Of a stretch of DNA of 64,000 bases, positions 1 through 12,900 are shown in pieces (within the stretch, counting starts at the first letter, position 1; every line of letters starts with the position of its first letter). Position numbers and translations under genes: made by a program. Where the stretch lies: positions 67,830,001 through 67,894,000 of the forward strand of contig OZ076409.1 in the NCBI GenBank assembly GCA_964187785.1. The letters are read 5' to 3'. The stretch comes from Amphiscolops sp. MND2022 (lineage: Eukaryota). The notes under the pieces are model-generated. The model was not told where the DNA came from, did not search any database, and was given only the letters and a program-made list of their open reading frames with translations.

Positions 1-588
1 ATGTGATATATACGAAACTGAATAGAAGCTCAAAACTAGTAGATCTGAAAGGAAGCCCAGTTCCGCCAGGTGTGAAAAGTTTTATTTCGACTATAACATG
101 AAAAGTTCGAAAATGACGAATTTTTTGTTGTTGTATTCGTTATTTTAGAAACGCTATCAGTAAAGTTCAATATGAAAAAATCTCAACTGGAGCTACATTT
201 TCTTCATATTCTACCGCAGAAGGTTTCTGCGTGTTTAGAGATCCTTGGACGACATTATTCTAGGACTCTCATTGCACTTTTAGAGCTCTCAAGTCGGGAT
301 TGTTTTTAGCCAAAGCAGTCATCTTCAACGCACAGTAGTTGAATTCTGACAATCGGGTGATAAAGTATACAAAATTTGAACTATTGTCAAAGATTGTCAA
401 AGCTGTCAAGGGCTTATTTTTGCTAATTTGAATTTCAAATTGCCTGACCACGCTCAGAATATGAATGCATAATTGTTCAGAATTGTGTCCCTGTTTTACA
501 TAATATAAAAACTACTCAATCGAAAATTTCCCATTTCCAATGTAAAGTCCGAAGCATGCAGTTTCCTGTTTCAAACTTGCATCTTTAG

Positions 589-704
589 GGCCGAAGAGTA
601 TCGCATGGAGTCCACTTCGAAGGTTCGAGAAGATATGAACCAACGTGTTCAGCGAATTGACGTGAAGACTGCCAAAATTGAGAAATCAACATCTGAGATC
701 AAAG
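589..704 (+). CDS. Penultimate coding exon of an upstream TRPM-like paralog (C-terminal coiled-coil region; the gene begins before the window)
   Basis: tttag|...|gttag boundaries. Translates (x)AEEYRMESTSKVREDMNQRVQRIDVKTAKIEKSTSEIK(x), phase 2 in and phase 1 out. Phases and the xxEY start match exon 10 (51680-51771) of the downstream TRPM-like gene, and it is in frame with the exon at 14225. Confidence 0.7.
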
Positions 705-1230
705 GTTAGAATTTTTTCAAAGTTCAAACAGCGGATTCTGCAAGGAAAAATCAGATTTCGATTTTTCAAAAAGGAGATCCGCTGTAGGAAACATATTTTC
801 ACATATAGTGCCGTTTAAAACAGCTTCACTGCGTAGTAGCCCTAAGTTACAAAACTCACAAGTGTTGCAAAATTCTTACGAGAATTCTTGTAAGATCTTG
901 TAAGAAAATGCATTTTTAGAATCTAACTCTTGCAAAAATATTGCAAGAATGGCATTTTTCTGCTCAGAATGTTACAAAAAATGCATAAATATGACAAATT
1001 TCTTAGAAAAACTGCATTTCGTGCCTCAAAAAACTTCCAACGGCTGCAGAAAAAAACGATCGAATAATGTTACAAACGCCCATTATAAAGCTAAACTATT
1101 CTAGATTAACAAATCTCCCTTCTCGGAAAGGAAGGAATTCCTTAAATTGAAGGAATTTTAGGATATTTTAGATCTTTTCACTTCAAATTCCCTAGTCTCA
1201 AGCTCTGAAATCACCCTAAAAAACGGAAAT

Positions 1231-1522
1231 CAAAGAAAACACTGTAATGAATGTTTGATCCGTTGAGAGATCCATGAAAATACACGTCTTTTTTGGAAGA
1301 AATTCTTTTTTGCGCTATTTTGTGCAAAAGAAGGAGCACTGGAAACCAACAGGTCCACCAAATAGCAAAACTTATCGGAAAGCACCTTAAAAAAGATGGA
1401 TAACCAAGAAAACACTTGAATGAATGTTTGATCCGTTGAGAGATCCATCAAAAAACACGTATTTTTTGGCATACAATTCTTTTTGGGCTACTTGGGGCAA
1501 AAAGAGGAGCACTGGAAACCAG
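1231..1522. repeat. Imperfect tandem duplication (~175-bp period)
   Basis: aagaaaacac...tgaatgtttgatccgttgagagatccat...ggagcactggaaacca occurs at ~1233-1348 and ~1406-1521. Confidence 0.75.
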
Positions 1523-1528
1523 CACGTC

Positions 1529-2485
1529 AGTTATTTTAGACGTTATTCCGCAAAAAAATTGATTTTAGACGTTATTCCCAAAATGAAGTGATTTTAGACG
1601 TTACCCAACAAAAACAGTAATTTTAGAGAAGATTCTACCAAAATACGGCTATTTTGGACGTTATTCCAGTAAAATACAGTGTTTTTAGGTCTTATTCTAC
1701 CAAAATAAGGTGATTTTAGACATTATTCCGCAAAAATAGTGATTTTAGACGTTATTCCCAAAATGAAGTGATTTTAAACGTTACCCAAAAGAAATAGTAA
1801 TTTTAGAGACCATTCCACCAAAATATGGTTATTTTAGACATTATTCCAGTAAAAAAAACAGTGTTTTTAGTCGGCGCTTTATCCTTTTAAGTGACCTTTT
1901 TTTTTTTCTTCAGCCTCACACTGATCGGTCCACTTTTTAGAAACAATCCTGAAACCACCCAAGGCGCCCAGTCCGGCAAATAAGGCCAAGGCGAATTCAG
2001 TGCAAACCTTTTTCAAGGTAACCTACAAAATCGGACGGGACTACAGAGTCCCCCCTTTCGATTTTTTTGATTTTTTTTCGGCACTGTGCGACTTTTTTTT
2101 GAAAATTTTTTTGTCTCCAAAGGGTCCCCCCTTTCATTTTGTACTTTTTTAACGTTATCTACAAAACCGTCCGAGGCTACAGGGTCCCCCCTTTTGATTT
2201 TTTTCTGCACTGTGCGACATTTTCCTTAAAAATTTTTTTTCGAAAATTTCAAGTTTTTTTCGAAAATTTCAAGTTTTTTTCGAAAAAAATGTTTTGCGCT
2301 TTTTGAGCCTTAGACATAGCGCCGACTTTAGACGTTCTCGTCTTGTTAGGTCTTATTCTACCTCTACCAAAATAAGGTGATTTTAGACGTTATTCCTCAA
2401 ATATAGTGATTTTAGACGTTATTCTTTAGAAACAGTAAATTTCAGGCGTAATTCCAGTGAAATAGTGTTTTAAGATCTTATTCCA
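1529..2485. repeat. ~30-bp minisatellite (gtgattttagacgttattcc.caaaata) with a 180-bp higher-order unit, interrupted by a HINE
   Basis: Units are directly visible. The block starting at 1561 recurs at 1741 with the same order of variant monomers, and the array resumes after 2347. Confidence 0.85.
1868..2347 (+). mobile_element. DINE-1/HINE-like non-autonomous Helentron-type element
   Basis: 5' subTIR agtcggcgct (1869) and 3' subTIR agcgccgact (2318-2327), then hairpin agacg-ttct-cgtct and a cttgtt end. Inserted in a T-run without a TSD. Confidence 0.75.
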
Positions 2486-5400
2486 TCGATTATTCATTCA
2501 AATCTGGACCATTTCCATCTAAAATTTATTCTAATCTAACCCAAAATCCATAAATCAAAATCCAACCTACAAGCGGCTTCAGGAAACGCGGTGCCGAAAA
2601 GGGTCCTTAATGCTACCCGGGTCATTAAGGTAACCCTGTTTCAGATCACTTTTTAAACCAGACCTTTAAAACAGATGTTATTCAAAAAAGACACAGAATT
2701 GAACGAATGTTACTGTCTTGAACGAATTTTAGTCGAAATTACACATTGCAATTTTTGTGAGAATTTTTCAACGCAAAATTGCAATTTTTGCAAAAATGTT
2801 ATCAGAATCTTGTAAGAAATGTTCGACATTGTAACAAATTGCAAAATTTGCTATTCTTGTACAAACTTGTAATATTCTTGTAAGAGATGCTAAGTTGGTA
2901 AGAATTTCGGAAGAATTTTGCAAGATTTGTGATTCCTGTAACCTAGGGAGTATATCTGAGTTCTTCCATCATTAACAGAGTCTGCTTATCTAGAAGGACT
3001 CTGGATTGCATCTCAGATTTTTTCCGCTCTGCTTCCTCCAGTGACAAGTTGCTCAATGATTGTTAGGTTTTGGTGAAATTCCAAAAAGTTGAACCGCTGC
3101 CCAGTCCCAATGCTTCTTCAGACGCCTAAACAATATTTTTATGGAGTGTTCAACACGAATATTTGAACACCTTGCACGAAATTTGTATATTTCAATTTGT
3201 ATTTTATTATTTTGTATAAATAAATGAATTTTCGCACCACAAATTGCCATGACATATTGCTCAAACTGGGTTGCTGACGGAGTGAATTTTCGCTTTCAAT
3301 TTTTTTCTTTTCAAAATTTTTGTTTTCAAATCAAAAGTTAGTTTCTTGTCGGAAGTGAGCCTAATCCGTTGTTTTTGTACAAATTAATGTTTTTATGACC
3401 TTGCTAACAGATTTTTTAAAAAAATTGATAGCGAATTCTGTAGAATTATGTATCAATCAATGATTCTCTGCTCTATGCAGGAGCATGTACGGATAGAAGT
3501 CCGTTCTAGTGAGTCTGTTTGTTTCATAGGCTCCCAAGACACCGTCAAAATACTCATCACAGTTCTGCATCCTGTGCGAGAAATAGCTCTAGAGCCTGAG
3601 AAACTTAAATGCTCCTGTGTGTTTTTACAGCGAAGTTTCTTGCTTTTCCAGATTGCATTTTCGCAATGAAGCCGTGATAGGTACAATATTTGATCAAACT
3701 GCTCTTTGCAATTGTTTTACTGTTAACAAATGTCTAACAATTGTTGCAAGCGTCTTACTTGTCGTAGGCAAGAAGAATCGCTCCAGCAAATTTTAACAAA
3801 ATCATTCCAAGGAGTCGCGTGTTACCAGAAGATGATATTCATAACGCACGGTGATCAACCCGTACCAAAGATTTGAAATGAATAATTTCTAGAGTGGCTA
3901 TCTAGGATTCTTCACGGAATAAATGCGCTTTTTGACGTCAGCGGAAACGTTTTTCACCTGTTTCCCTACCAGTTTTTTGCAACACTTTGGTGTCCCGCCG
4001 AACACTGGCGCCCCACACAAAATTTGTTAAAGAGTTGTGACATTAATGTCTTTCTTGGTCGCAATTGCATGGGTCGTTGCAGTGGAATTTGTTTAACAGA
4101 ACGAATGGCATGTGGATTTTTGAAGTTTGAATCTGTATTCTAGGAGTTGAACAGCCCAACAAAACTTTTGATAAACATATTGAAACAGTGTGGTGCTCGA
4201 TGGCGTTTAATGATGGAAATCTTGAGTATTGGCAGGTGACGTTTCTGGTCTGAGGCACACGTGGATCTAGAATTCCGTGTTCTGGTGTGTGATACTCAAG
4301 TACTTCGATTTTGAACGACACTAATTTCTCAGCTTCTGCTTGACTTTTTTGCACGCTCAATATCAAAGTACTTAGTATCAGTTCATGTAACTCGCTGCAG
4401 TGGTTTTATTCTGAGCAAGTACAAGATCGAAAGTTGTGCTTCAATCTCTGGAGGGAGCTATGTGTTACTTCGCATAGTCTTTTGCGTCTGTGTATGCACT
4501 TAAGAAAAGAAGAGCTCCACAGAATCGGTAAGATTTGAAGCTAAATGCTTTTTTTAATTCTGGAGAAAGGCTTGATTATGTTTTCGCGATGCGTATAGTA
4601 GTTTGTTCCATGGCATGAAACATCCGCGTACCAATTATGTGTGCGAACTCTGAGTATATATGTGAAATGACGGCGCAATCCAGCATCCATTCAGGACTCA
4701 GTTTTTTCATTATGTCTAATGAATTCATCAAACGCTAGGAAATAACGGACATTGGGTATCTCTTTAGTGTTGGAGCGCCAGAGCTTAGTCGAATTTGTTT
4801 GAGTGACTTGTTGTCTTGAGGAATAGGACGTCACGGTTGTAATATTTTTTCCTTGTTGATTCCCCAAACACTTTTGCATCTATTCGGAGTTATTATGATT
4901 GAACGCAATGAAGCTCTGTTTTTCTTTCTCATTTCTTGGTGTCATTTGTTCCTGGGTTTCGCTTACTCCCTCACTATCCGATTTGATACCTTCCACAAAA
5001 ACTTTGTTTCGGACAAGGTAGTTAGTTGGCTTCAGTGTACAAATAATCGTATTTCTCCTCCTTGAACATTAATGTGTTGCATTTTAGAGCTTCGGTGGTT
5101 CTACCGATATAACAGAAAAAGTCAACAACAACATGCTTCAGTGTCACTGCTGAAACTTTCGGAAGGCTTTCGCTTTAGCTCGTTGAAGGTGTTGTAGAGA
5201 CCAAAAGCAACGTGATACCATTACAATAAATTTGATTTGCATGCAAAGACAGTTTTTTTGATGGGAACTTTTTTGAAAGACTTCGCTCGCACGCCCATGA
5301 TAGGTAGAATACCCTTGGAGAGAGCTTTCATCTATCATAAGCAGTCACGTCATTTAGAGACTTAGTGTTGAGCAAATACGGAGTTCTCTGTCTTCCTCGT

Positions 5401-6546
5401 TTCCTCGGCACTTTCACTAGCCCAATGCAGGTAGGATGGTAAGAGTATAGTTAGAGCTAGCCTAGCTCCTTTTCGCTGCAGCAGTCAACATTTTTGCTAA
5501 TTATTTTGTAGCGATTTTATCTATCGACATTATGCCTCAAACGTAGGATGTTCTATTTGGCGGGAAAATTGGCTAGTTGGAACCTAAGCCTCCATCTAGA
5601 AAAAAAAGGACTGAAGAAAATTCTTGTCCGGAAAGAAATTATTCATCGCTATGTTCATCTACAAACTTCCCGCTCTGAATCAGAGCTGAAATGGGAGCTC
5701 AATTTCGTCCCATTTTATTTGAAAAAAAAAACAAAATATTGAATTTGGTCAAGATGCATATTTTTCGAATAAAAAAGAATTCAAATAGTTTATGAATAGT
5801 TTGTGATCCTGTTCAATCACACTCCAGTCTCGAGTTGAAGTTTGCTTTTGTACAAACTCATAGATGATACTAACCGTCTTAGCACCGTAAGCAAGTCTTC
5901 TGAACAAATCAACAATGGCTCTCGTCCCACTAAATTGAACAATGACTGTAACGACAAGCAACGATAGTTTAGCAGCTACAGAAGGTGGGGAGACTAGTAC
6001 GAAAACGTATTGTTCGGGACTAACAGTTTGTCATACCAGTCCATCTTGCCTCCGGAAGAAGCCGATTTCGAGGAGGGGGTACCGTTTTAAAGGACGCTCT
6101 TTAACCTAATTTCAGTTTTTAATTGCTATAACTCACGAGTACATTGCTACTCTCAGGACCACAGCTGAAATAGCTCATAAAACTTGGGTCAAGAATACCG
6201 AATAGTCAATTTACTCTGGAGACAAGGGAATTCATAAAAACTATCAAGAAAAGCACCCAAATGTCCAATTTGCATCTCTCGAGCATATAATCTAAATACA
6301 ACGAAACTAGTACAACGAAATTAAAATAACACAGACTATGATAGTGGGTTTCTTCGGCTGTCTGTTCAGCTCACGGGCTGGGAACAACAAAGGGTTTCCG
6401 TCAACAGGTTTTAGACTGACGCAATGTTGCTGGAATTTCGTTGCTGTGAGTAGTAAAAAGCACTCAGTTTGTGATGGTACATGGTAGTTTGACACGTTCT
6501 TCAGCTGGTATTCGCGTTCAATCTCGCTGCTGTCTCGCGGGCGGCC

Positions 6547-6570
6547 TCTCTCTCTTTCTCTCCCTCTCTC

Positions 6571-6603
<33 letters not shown>
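6547..6603 (+). repeat. (CT)n microsatellite
   Basis: Direct dinucleotide run; it explains the spurious ERERER/SLSLSL ORFs. Confidence 0.95.
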
Positions 6604-7559
6604 TTTGCTATTTCTGCGTTGGCAGGTACTTTGACAAAACATGCTCAACCATTCACGTCACTTTTGAAGCAATTTTTGGTGTTGAAAATTTCGATGCCCG
6701 AGGTCAACGTTAATGACATTACGAAAAACGCATTATTTACGTTCGAGTGGTCTTATTTCAGCTCGTAGCACAATGCGCTCAAACGCTCAAAGGGTCCCAA
6801 TTGGATGTCTGAAACCTCACTGAAAAAGAACTCACTAACCTCGTGACACCTTTGAAGATCATGGAAGCTTCAAAATTTCTCGTCATCGCTTTCACTGCCG
6901 TTCAGTCAACCAGAGCATTGTAAGTGAACAAGAAGTTCAGACCAAGAAGTATTTTTCCTGATCGCATCTGACCAGGTCAACAAAATTAACAACGTTTGAT
7001 TGCAGTGCGAGCCTATTAGGTCGAAAATAAAGCTTTCAGCCAAGCCGTAGAAGATGACGGCTTTTTTCATTGACTTATAAAAACTTGAACACCAAAATGG
7101 ATGCATTAATTTCACGATCAGGATCAAGTCATCATGCCAAAGGACCATACGAAAACTGATGGATCATCAATCCTTGCTTGGCCGACCTTGTCCTTGTTTC
7201 ATATGCAGCAGAACCCAACTCGCGTCGCCCTAGGTACAAAAATTACGGAAAAAGTCGTCCAAGCATCTTTAATGTATCGAATTTCATATCAGCACCGCCC
7301 CATCGTTTTATTCTGGAATCGCAGAAATTGTTTTTACTTTCTGAGTTGGTTCCAATTTTGTCTCTTTCTCCTACTGAAAAAAGACGGTGTGAGAGATACA
7401 AATATATAAAAATTGAGGTCTGCGGTTTTGTTCTAAAGATTGCAGAATATGATTTGGTAGTATCGCCTCGGTGCAGTCTGGGTGTTGGGCTTTCATTACA
7501 TTGAAGTGTTTTTTACCATAAGTGACTGGAGATTGGCGATTGATATGACCTTTTTTCCA

Positions 7560-8600
7560 TGTAGTATTGCTTTTCCAGATCGTTAGATTTTTTAAATTTA
7601 GTGTGATTGAGGTTGGGGCATTCCAAGCAGCCTGAACCTGCTCTTTTTGTCTCCTACTGTCGTCGTGATCATTTTCACTTCGAAAGGAATCTGATGAAGT
7701 ATCACTTGGGGTTTGATCCTGATTACGCGTGTTAAAATTCGTTCTAAGTTGGTTTTCTCAAACTTTACTGCTTTCTTCACGTTCGGTGGTCCTGTTTAGT
7801 CCCCTGGATTTGTGGTCCGAAACTGCCGTGAAAGATTTTCCTGATTTTCCATGGTATTTTGGATTGTAGGCAATATTTTGTTTTGATTGCGGAACTTACG
7901 GATTCCAATTTTGGGAATTTAAGACACTTTTCAACTCTTCAATCCGTTTTGTGACCTTTGAGTATATCAATCTAGTTGTTTCATTGCACTATTCTCTTTA
8001 CTATTAGAATTCAAAAGTGACATGAAATCCTCACTATTTTGAACCATATTCGGTCTAGGGCTATTAGACCCAAGGTCTGCATCTATGTCTCTGTCCTCAG
8101 AGTTACTTTCCTCTGCGTTTCTGGAGTATGATCCTAACATAACATCTAAATTCTCAACATCAGACATTAAGTCAGCTTGCCTAGAGCGTCTTTCCTTTGC
8201 TCTTTGTTTCCTATTTGAAGTCGTTGAGAAGATTGTGGCTCGATTAACACTTTATTGTTGATCAAGATACTTTCAACTAATAGTCAAAATGAATAATAGT
8301 GAAAACAAATTGAAGTTGGATCGATTAATTGAATTCCGATGGATATCAGTGTTCGTTCAACGTATTGTAATGAATTTACTTCGGTTGTTTTGTGTCCCTT
8401 GGGCTTTCAGTCACTCCCATTTATAGTCAGGATTGCGTGACACTCTACTGATTGATGGCCATGTTACCAAAAATAAATGCATAGTTTGGCTAAAGATCAC
8501 TGAGGTCAATCGTCATCATTACGTCACTACAATATCTACTGAGAAGAGCAACGTTACTAAATCTGGATTTTAAAACAGATTGGGTTGACGTAAAGGCGGC
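7560..8600 (-). mobile_element. Possible decayed retroelement 5' fragment (gag-like N-terminus plus LTR-like region)
   Basis: Broken minus-strand coding-like stretch (MSDVENLDVMLGSYSRN..., then frameshifted) downstream of a TATA-containing segment. No enzymatic domain or paired LTR seen. Confidence 0.25.
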
Positions 8601-9912
8601 ACGCGTTTTATCTCCAAAGATTCATTTACTGCACTTACAATTACGTCATTTTACATGTATATCTTTACTTTCAGCGCTAATTTCTTGTTGCAGACCAGCG
8701 GTCTAATTGCCTAAACGCAACTGAATGAAACAGCGCATGAATGAGTGAGCGTATAAATACTGAATGGTGATTGGTCAATTAGGTAGAAGGACCATACGTC
8801 AAATTGACGAGCACAGCCGACAATTTGAACGCGTTTCCCTCTAGATTACTAGTTGCTTACATTACACTGATAACAAAATTTGTTCTCACAGTACTGAAAG
8901 ACACACGTTTACATGTTATCTGCATAATAATTTGAGTAATATCGTAGAAGTTCTGATAGCTAACAAATTCCTGCATAATTGAGGCAAGATTGAGAATACG
9001 GCAGAAATGTCTGTAGATTATTGGACCAGTGATCCATTCACCCTAGAGCGGCAAGACGCCTGGAGAAAGTGGGAAGTTGTCACAATCGTTAGGGGCAACT
9101 TGATATCTGTTCTCGACACAGGCGACAGCCTGCGACAAATATATTTCCGCAGTATTTTCTGTTGTTCTTGCTGTTGTGAAAGTGCTGCCTGTGGAGGTTG
9201 GGTTGCAGGTTGCGGCAGATTTATTCCTGATTCGTTGCTTGTAACTGTGGAATATTTTGTTCCGTTCATTTTTTTGTTGAGTACCCATTTGTTGTTTAGG
9301 CTTCTCACTCTCAAATACTGCTGCAGGGTGAATGAAAGCACATCCACAGTTAGTGGCGAACAAATTTGGTGGCGAATTATTCATGAAACTTTGTGTCGTC
9401 TAAAAGCTATGGAAAAATACTTTTTGGCTGAAAACACGTAGCTCCACAAACACCAGCGGTATCTAGGTCCCGCTCGTGTTCCCTGTCGCCACTTTGATTT
9501 CTCGTGTATTTTTTTCGAAAAAAAGGGATCGCGTTAGATCTTTTCCAAATTTTCACGACAGTTGTCACAAAATTGTTTCATCTGTGCCTTTTTGCTGTTT
9601 GGATTTGTTTGTGAAAAAGCCCCATGTCACTGGGTTGTGGCTGGACTGGATTTTGGCTCTAGGACAATTGAAATAGGAAGAGGACATGGCTGCACATCAA
9701 GACTAACAAAGATGTCGTATCTAAAACAAAACAAAGATACTTGTTGACTTCTTTTTATGCAAGCTTAGTATTACAATATTATGTAATCTTGTTCAGCTTG
9801 TTCAGTTTTTTGTTTGATCTGACTAATACAACTGCCTCTTGAAAATTTTGTCACAGCTGCGAGTTTTATTAAAGTTTAGACAATTCATTTATACTGTGAA
9901 ACGTAAGATCAC

Positions 9913-12900
9913 TGACCCCGACGTGATTCAAAATACCAAATCTGAAAACGAATAACTTTCTTCAATTTTAAATATTCGTGTCCTATATCTCTTTTCTTTT
10001 CTGCTTTTCAGAAGAAATAAGAAAAAAGTGTATGGAAAAGAACAAAAAAGAGACAAAAGTATAAAATAGGGTAACGCAACGAGAAGAAAATGAGACAGTT
10101 TTGGAACCCGAAGATTGATAACAGAAGATCATTAAAATTAAACCAGAATAATGGCCAGAAATAGAATCCATACCCAATTAGCCATAACACCAAAATGCTG
10201 AACACCATGGAATTGGGATCCGGAGACAACACTACAACTTCAACATCATCTCAGCTAGAACCAAAACACGCACCTGTAAGCAGAAACATAATGATCCCAC
10301 CTCCATTCTACCGCACAATCCCGACTGTTTGGTTTCGACAGATAGCATCCCAGTTCGTCTCAGCTGTAATTATCAACGACACAACCAAATATCACCAAAT
10401 CCTCGCAGCAACTCCAGAAGACGTCGTAGCCAACTTACCAATAAAAATTGAAGACTACAGCAACCTCAAAGATAGCATCACTCAAGTCTACCAGTAGTCA
10501 GAAACAGGGCTCATTGAAGAAGTATTAGGAACAATTTCACTGGATGGACAAAAGTCCTCAGTTTGCCTCTTGCGCAACCAGCGCAGGATTTTTGAATTTC
10601 ATCTGACAAGGGACAACGATGTAACCAAACACCGCCTTATCCAAGCCATGCCTATCTCAAACGCGTTCATCACTTTCCGCACATTTGGACCTGCCATCCG
10701 ACAAATTCGCCAAACTAGTCGACGCCATATACAGCTACTCAAAGGACACCTTTCAGGAAAACCCACACGTTTACGCTACACAGGAACTCTCGTCATGCAC
10801 GCCAGCCGCAGCCAAAGCAAAGGAACTGCTCAACCGACAACACCTTTCAGCCATTCTAACCCGGACAACGACCCAAAATTTGCCGCTTTCACTTGTTTTT
10901 CGCTTACTCCGCCAAACGATGTAAGACCTGGTGTAAGTGGCATGGACCAAATCCCACACACATCGAACCGTCATCTTGCGCACAACCCCTGCCGCACGTG
11001 GAAATGAATAGCCCAACTCGTGTGCGCGGCAACGATTTAGGATCCCATATGCATCCGCCTTGCCGCTAAAATCGACTCACGGAAAACTAGTTTCAGTGAA
11101 TCTATGGTATCAATAATCAAATCAACGCTCGTCAGCACCGAATACGCCACGCCGACAACAACGAACCTCGAAAAAGTAAACGGTGACCGTATCAAAGTTT
11201 ACGGAAAATTGACCCTCACAATCGCCATACCCTGCCTCCGACGCAACTACAACTTCACCTTCACATTCTACGACTGGATTTCTTGAAGGACAAAGACATG
11301 AACGTCAACTGCCGCAACCTAACAGTAACCGACAACGTAACCAAATTCATTTCAACACGCAACGAATCACCCGCACAACCAAGTCACAGCGCTGTTCTAG
11401 CCGTTTCTCTGGACATGTCTCGAATAATCGACACAGCTCTCAGAAAGATAATGAAACAGCTTTCATCAATTTTCGAAGACGCAGATTTCAACACGCCATG
11501 TACTTACAATACCACGCATCGCATTGCCATTTCGACTCAACCTGATTTTGGTACGCCTAGAAGGTGTTTCCCTGAAAAACTATCTATCGCCAAATCATCT
11601 TTCGACGAAATGCAACGCTTAAGAATCATTCGACCATGGAAAAGCCCAAACGCATGGCCTCTGCATTTGGTACCGGAAAAAAACCGGAGACAGAAGACCA
11701 TGTAGAGACTACCGCGCACTCAACCAAATCACAGTTCGCGATTCGTACCCACTGTCGCAGGTTTCATCGTTCGCACTCCACGACAAACATGTCTTCAGCA
11801 AGCTCGACATAATCAAAGCTTATCACCAAATACCCATGCACTCCGACAACATTGAGAAGACAGCCATTACCACACCATTTGGACTCTTTGAGTTTCTTCA
11901 CATGCCTTTCGGACTCAAAAACGCCAGTAAAACTTTCCAACGTTTCATCAACAATATCACCCACGGATTGCCAGATGTGTTCGCCTACGCCGATGATATA
12001 CTCGTTGCCAGCAACAATTTGGTTGATCACATCAACGCACTCACAGAACTCTTTACCCGCCTCGAGAAGTTTGGACTACGCATTAACTTTACAATATGCC
12101 AACGGATTTAATACTATATAGACTTTTTAGGATACTTCTTCATCACTTTATAGAAAACTCAACACTCTCCCTCACTACAGATGCCTCTGATACAGCAGTG
12201 GGAGCCGCCTTACACGAGGTAACAGACAACAGCAGCCGCCTTACTGCATTTTTCTCCCGCGGACTCACTGCCTGGATGAAATTACAGCACATTTGATGAG
12301 GTACTCCTCGATATCTTCGCAGCAACACTAAAGTTCAAACATCTGATTGACGAACGCCATACCGTTGTTTTCACAAACCACAAACCCATCACCTGTTCAG
12401 TTCTGCCATGCAAGAACAACACCAACACCCCTCGACAGTCTCGACATTTTTCTCTACTAGCAGAATACATTGACGAAATTCAACATATATCAGGATCAAC
12501 GAATGTTGTAGCCGACTGCCTTTCTCGACCACCAACCGACGACACCATCATTAACCGTAGCATCAGCGTCAACGGTTTTCACCGACAACTATTCTCTATC
12601 AAAATTTGCCAGCCTTCAGGACACGTCATTTCAACAACAGATGTCAGAACAATACCAACATGGAACACAGATGATGAACATTGGAACCACGACTCTCACT
12701 TGTGACAAAAGCATTCCTCTGCCCTTATTCTGTGCCGTTTTCCAATCTTCACCCAAATCCAAAACCTTTGTCGCTGCAACCGGAAATCAACGTCACGTAT
12801 GATCTTCGCCCGCTCCACTTAGCCCAATGCCCAACGCACTGTCAAAGAATCGTGCCACAACTGCCTCACTTGCCAACAGATAAATTCAATCGCCACGTAC

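Larger units (their letters stand above)
840..2948. mobile_element. Non-autonomous TIR element (CCC...GGG ends, possibly CMC/EnSpm-like) containing tandem repeats and a nested HINE
   Basis: Left end ccctaagttacaaaactcacaagtgttgcaaaattctt matches the reverse complement of the right end (ccctaggttacaggaatcacaaatcttgcaaaattctt). Short subterminal ttgcaaga/ttcttg repeats; no clean TSD. A reversed fragment of the left end lies at ~63555-63690. Confidence 0.6.

Noticed and set aside
1529..2485. CRISPR-like array
   Set aside because: The monomers are contiguous and degenerate with no unique spacers, there are no cas genes, and the context is eukaryotic and intronic.
6307..6713. ERERER / SLSLSL ORFs
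   Set aside because: Translations of a (CT)n microsatellite.
9007..9441. Overlapping 109-144 aa ORFs with a Q-rich patch
   Set aside because: No recognisable domain or consistent exon structure; cannot be supported as a gene.
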